A stretch of DNA of 38,702 bases from Candidatus Omnitrophota bacterium (GTDB lineage Bacteria > Omnitrophota > Gorgyraeia > Zapsychrales > Zapsychraceae): assembly GCA_015233495.1 (NCBI GenBank), contig JADFXQ010000013.1, positions 1 to 38,702 on the forward strand, given 5' to 3'. The translations under genes were made by a program, and so were the position numbers. This document shows positions 37,619 to 38,702 of the stretch, one piece after another (the stretch's first letter is position 1; each line of letters starts with the position of its first letter). The notes under the pieces were generated by a model, which was given only the letters and a program-made list of their open reading frames with translations, was not told the origin of the DNA and did not search any database.

Positions 37619-38702
37619 TGCTAGTAGAGAGGTGATTCCTATGACTAAACTCTTGCCTGCCGTGTTCGAACGCGGCATATTCCGCCCGATACGGCCTGTA
37701 AAATTGCCCGAACACAAACGGGTTTTTTTGACCGTCAATATCTTCAATGACGACATCCCCGCCCTGTTGATCGGCAAACTTGCGGAAAAGTCCGGTAGTT
37801 TCAAATATTTGAGCGATCCCAGAGAAGACATTTATTCCATCAACGACGGAGAAGCGATCTGATAATATGTCAATTCGGCGCGGCGATATTGTTCTTGTCC
37901 CTTTCCCGTTTACCGACTTAACCAGCGTTAAAGTTCGTCCCGCCCTCATCGTATCCGATGATCCCCAGAACCAAGACGTGATCATTGCTTTTATCTCATC
38001 CGTCGTTCCCGCTAAACTCAAAAAAACGGAATATTTATTGAATGTCAACGATCCGGATTTCTTCACCACCGGTCTCAAAACCGTCTCCGTTATCAAAATG
38101 AATAAACTTCTGACAATATCCTCCGCCTTGATATTACGACGGCTCGGCCGTGTCAATCCCGAGTTGCAACAAGAGCTCAACAAACTCCTTAAATTAGCCC
38201 TCGGCCTATAAGCGGTAATTTCCCCGGCCTTGATATTTTTTGCCAAATGGCCGCCTAAAGCATCCACCGGAGAACTTGACTCTTCTTGGGCGGCTAAATT
38301 TTCCTCGATGATCGCGGCCTCATCTGACGCTGTTCCGGGATGCGAAATACTCTCTAAAATTTCATTCGCCGCCAAGGTGTCGTGTTGCTCGCTAAGCCCG
38401 GCCAACAATCCGGAATCTTCCGCCCATGCCCCCAACTCCTGCGCCAAATTCTGTCCATCCTCATTCACTGCCGATTCGACGATTTCGCGCACCACGGTTT
38501 CGCTGTCTTGAGTAAACACATCCTGTTTCAGCCCCTTGACCAATTCGTCCATATACACTTCTTCAAACGCCCCGCGATCCAGCCGGTCTTCCGCCATCAG
38601 CCGTTTTAAGACCTTGTCCAAAATATGCTGATGACTCGGGTCTTTCGCAAACCCGTCTTCCTGCTCAATATCCTCGCCGTCCACTTCGCTCTTCACTTCT
38701 TT
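37596..38702 (-). CDS. Upstream piece of the giant protein, 5'-truncated by the window edge: acidic helical module, ESSSPV linker, then antisense read-through of a TA operon
   Basis: Same frame as 6855..37526 (offset 1170 nt), open to the window edge, SSSPV at ~38264-38281. Ends at TGA 37596-37598. Confidence 0.8.
   Translation of the reverse strand, partial: KEVKSEVDGEDIEQEDGFAKDPSHQHILDKVLKRLMAEDRLDRGAFEEVYMDELVKGLKQDVFTQDSETVVREIVESAVNEDGQNLAQELGAWAEDSGLLAGLSEQHDTLAANEILESISHPGTASDEAAIIEENLAAQEESSSPVDALGGHLAKNIKAGEITAYRPRANLRSLLSSCCNSGLTRPSRRNIKAEDIVRSLFILITETVLRPVVKKSGSLTFNKYSVFLSLAGTTDEIKAMITSWFWGSSDTMRAGRTLTLVKSVNGKGTRTISPRRIDILSDRFSVVDGINVFSGIAQIFETTGLFRKFADQQGGDVVIEDIDGQKNPFVFGQFYRPYRAEYAAFEHGRQEFSHRNHLSTSKPNTFPL
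37641..37862 (+). CDS. DUF104/AF2212-like antitoxin (73 aa), nested antisense
   Basis: ATG 37641 after GAGGTG; MTKLLPAVFERGIFRPIRPVKLPEHKRVFLTV...SFKYLSDPREDIYS. Confidence 0.82.
   Translation: MTKLLPAVFERGIFRPIRPVKLPEHKRVFLTVNIFNDDIPALLIGKLAEKSGSFKYLSDPREDIYSINDGEAI
37867..38211 (+). CDS. mazF: PemK/MazF-family endoribonuclease toxin (114 aa), nested antisense
   Basis: RRGDIVLVPFPFTDLTSVKVRPALIVS...IIAFISS...GLKTVSVIKMNKLLTI...LG. Confidence 0.92.
   Translation: MSIRRGDIVLVPFPFTDLTSVKVRPALIVSDDPQNQDVIIAFISSVVPAKLKKTEYLLNVNDPDFFTTGLKTVSVIKMNKLLTISSALILRRLGRVNPELQQELNKLLKLALGL

Noticed and set aside
97..38609. Most short ORFs in the supplied track on both strands (e.g. 1618-1992, 24237-24830, 34842-35348, 6314-6688)
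   Set aside because: No recognisable family, RBS or promoter; they are shadow frames of the giant ORF.
1..38702. Classical integron cassette array
   Set aside because: No integrase in the window and no attC-like sites (RYYYAAC...GTTRRRY) recognised. The modules are fused in frame rather than being separate genes, so the comparison is only an analogy.

Overview
Almost the whole window is one minus-strand giant modular reading frame in three pieces. The first is 37596..>38702, open at the right edge. The second is the 10,223-aa ORF 6855..37526, in the same frame and separated from the first only by two stops. The third is a 2,296-codon frame <1..6888 that the ORF track misses because it has no stop in the window; it is joined to the big ORF by an apparent 1-bp frameshift. 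The product is a chain of unrelated domains: ClpB-like AAA+, histidine kinases, guanylate kinase, class II aldolase, LysM, HEAT, TPR, phosphate acyltransferase, EndoU-like nuclease, beta-CASP nuclease and RelA/SpoT. These are separated by roughly 40 copies (manual count) of a short (A/S/T)-S-P-(V/A/I) linker. Six plus-strand toxin-antitoxin-type loci (11 genes, each locus with its own sigma70-type promoter and RBS) are nested antisense inside the frame with no stop across their coding regions. REP/REPIN palindromes and MITE-like inverted repeats are also read through in frame. Duplicated modules start and end at the SSP linkers, and two unrelated TA-type operons sit in the same duplicated shell. 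This suggests a shuffled, cassette-built giant polyprotein. The style resembles the giant genes known from Ca. Omnitrophota, but the taxonomy is only an inference. All domain calls are by-eye motif recognition; no searches were run.
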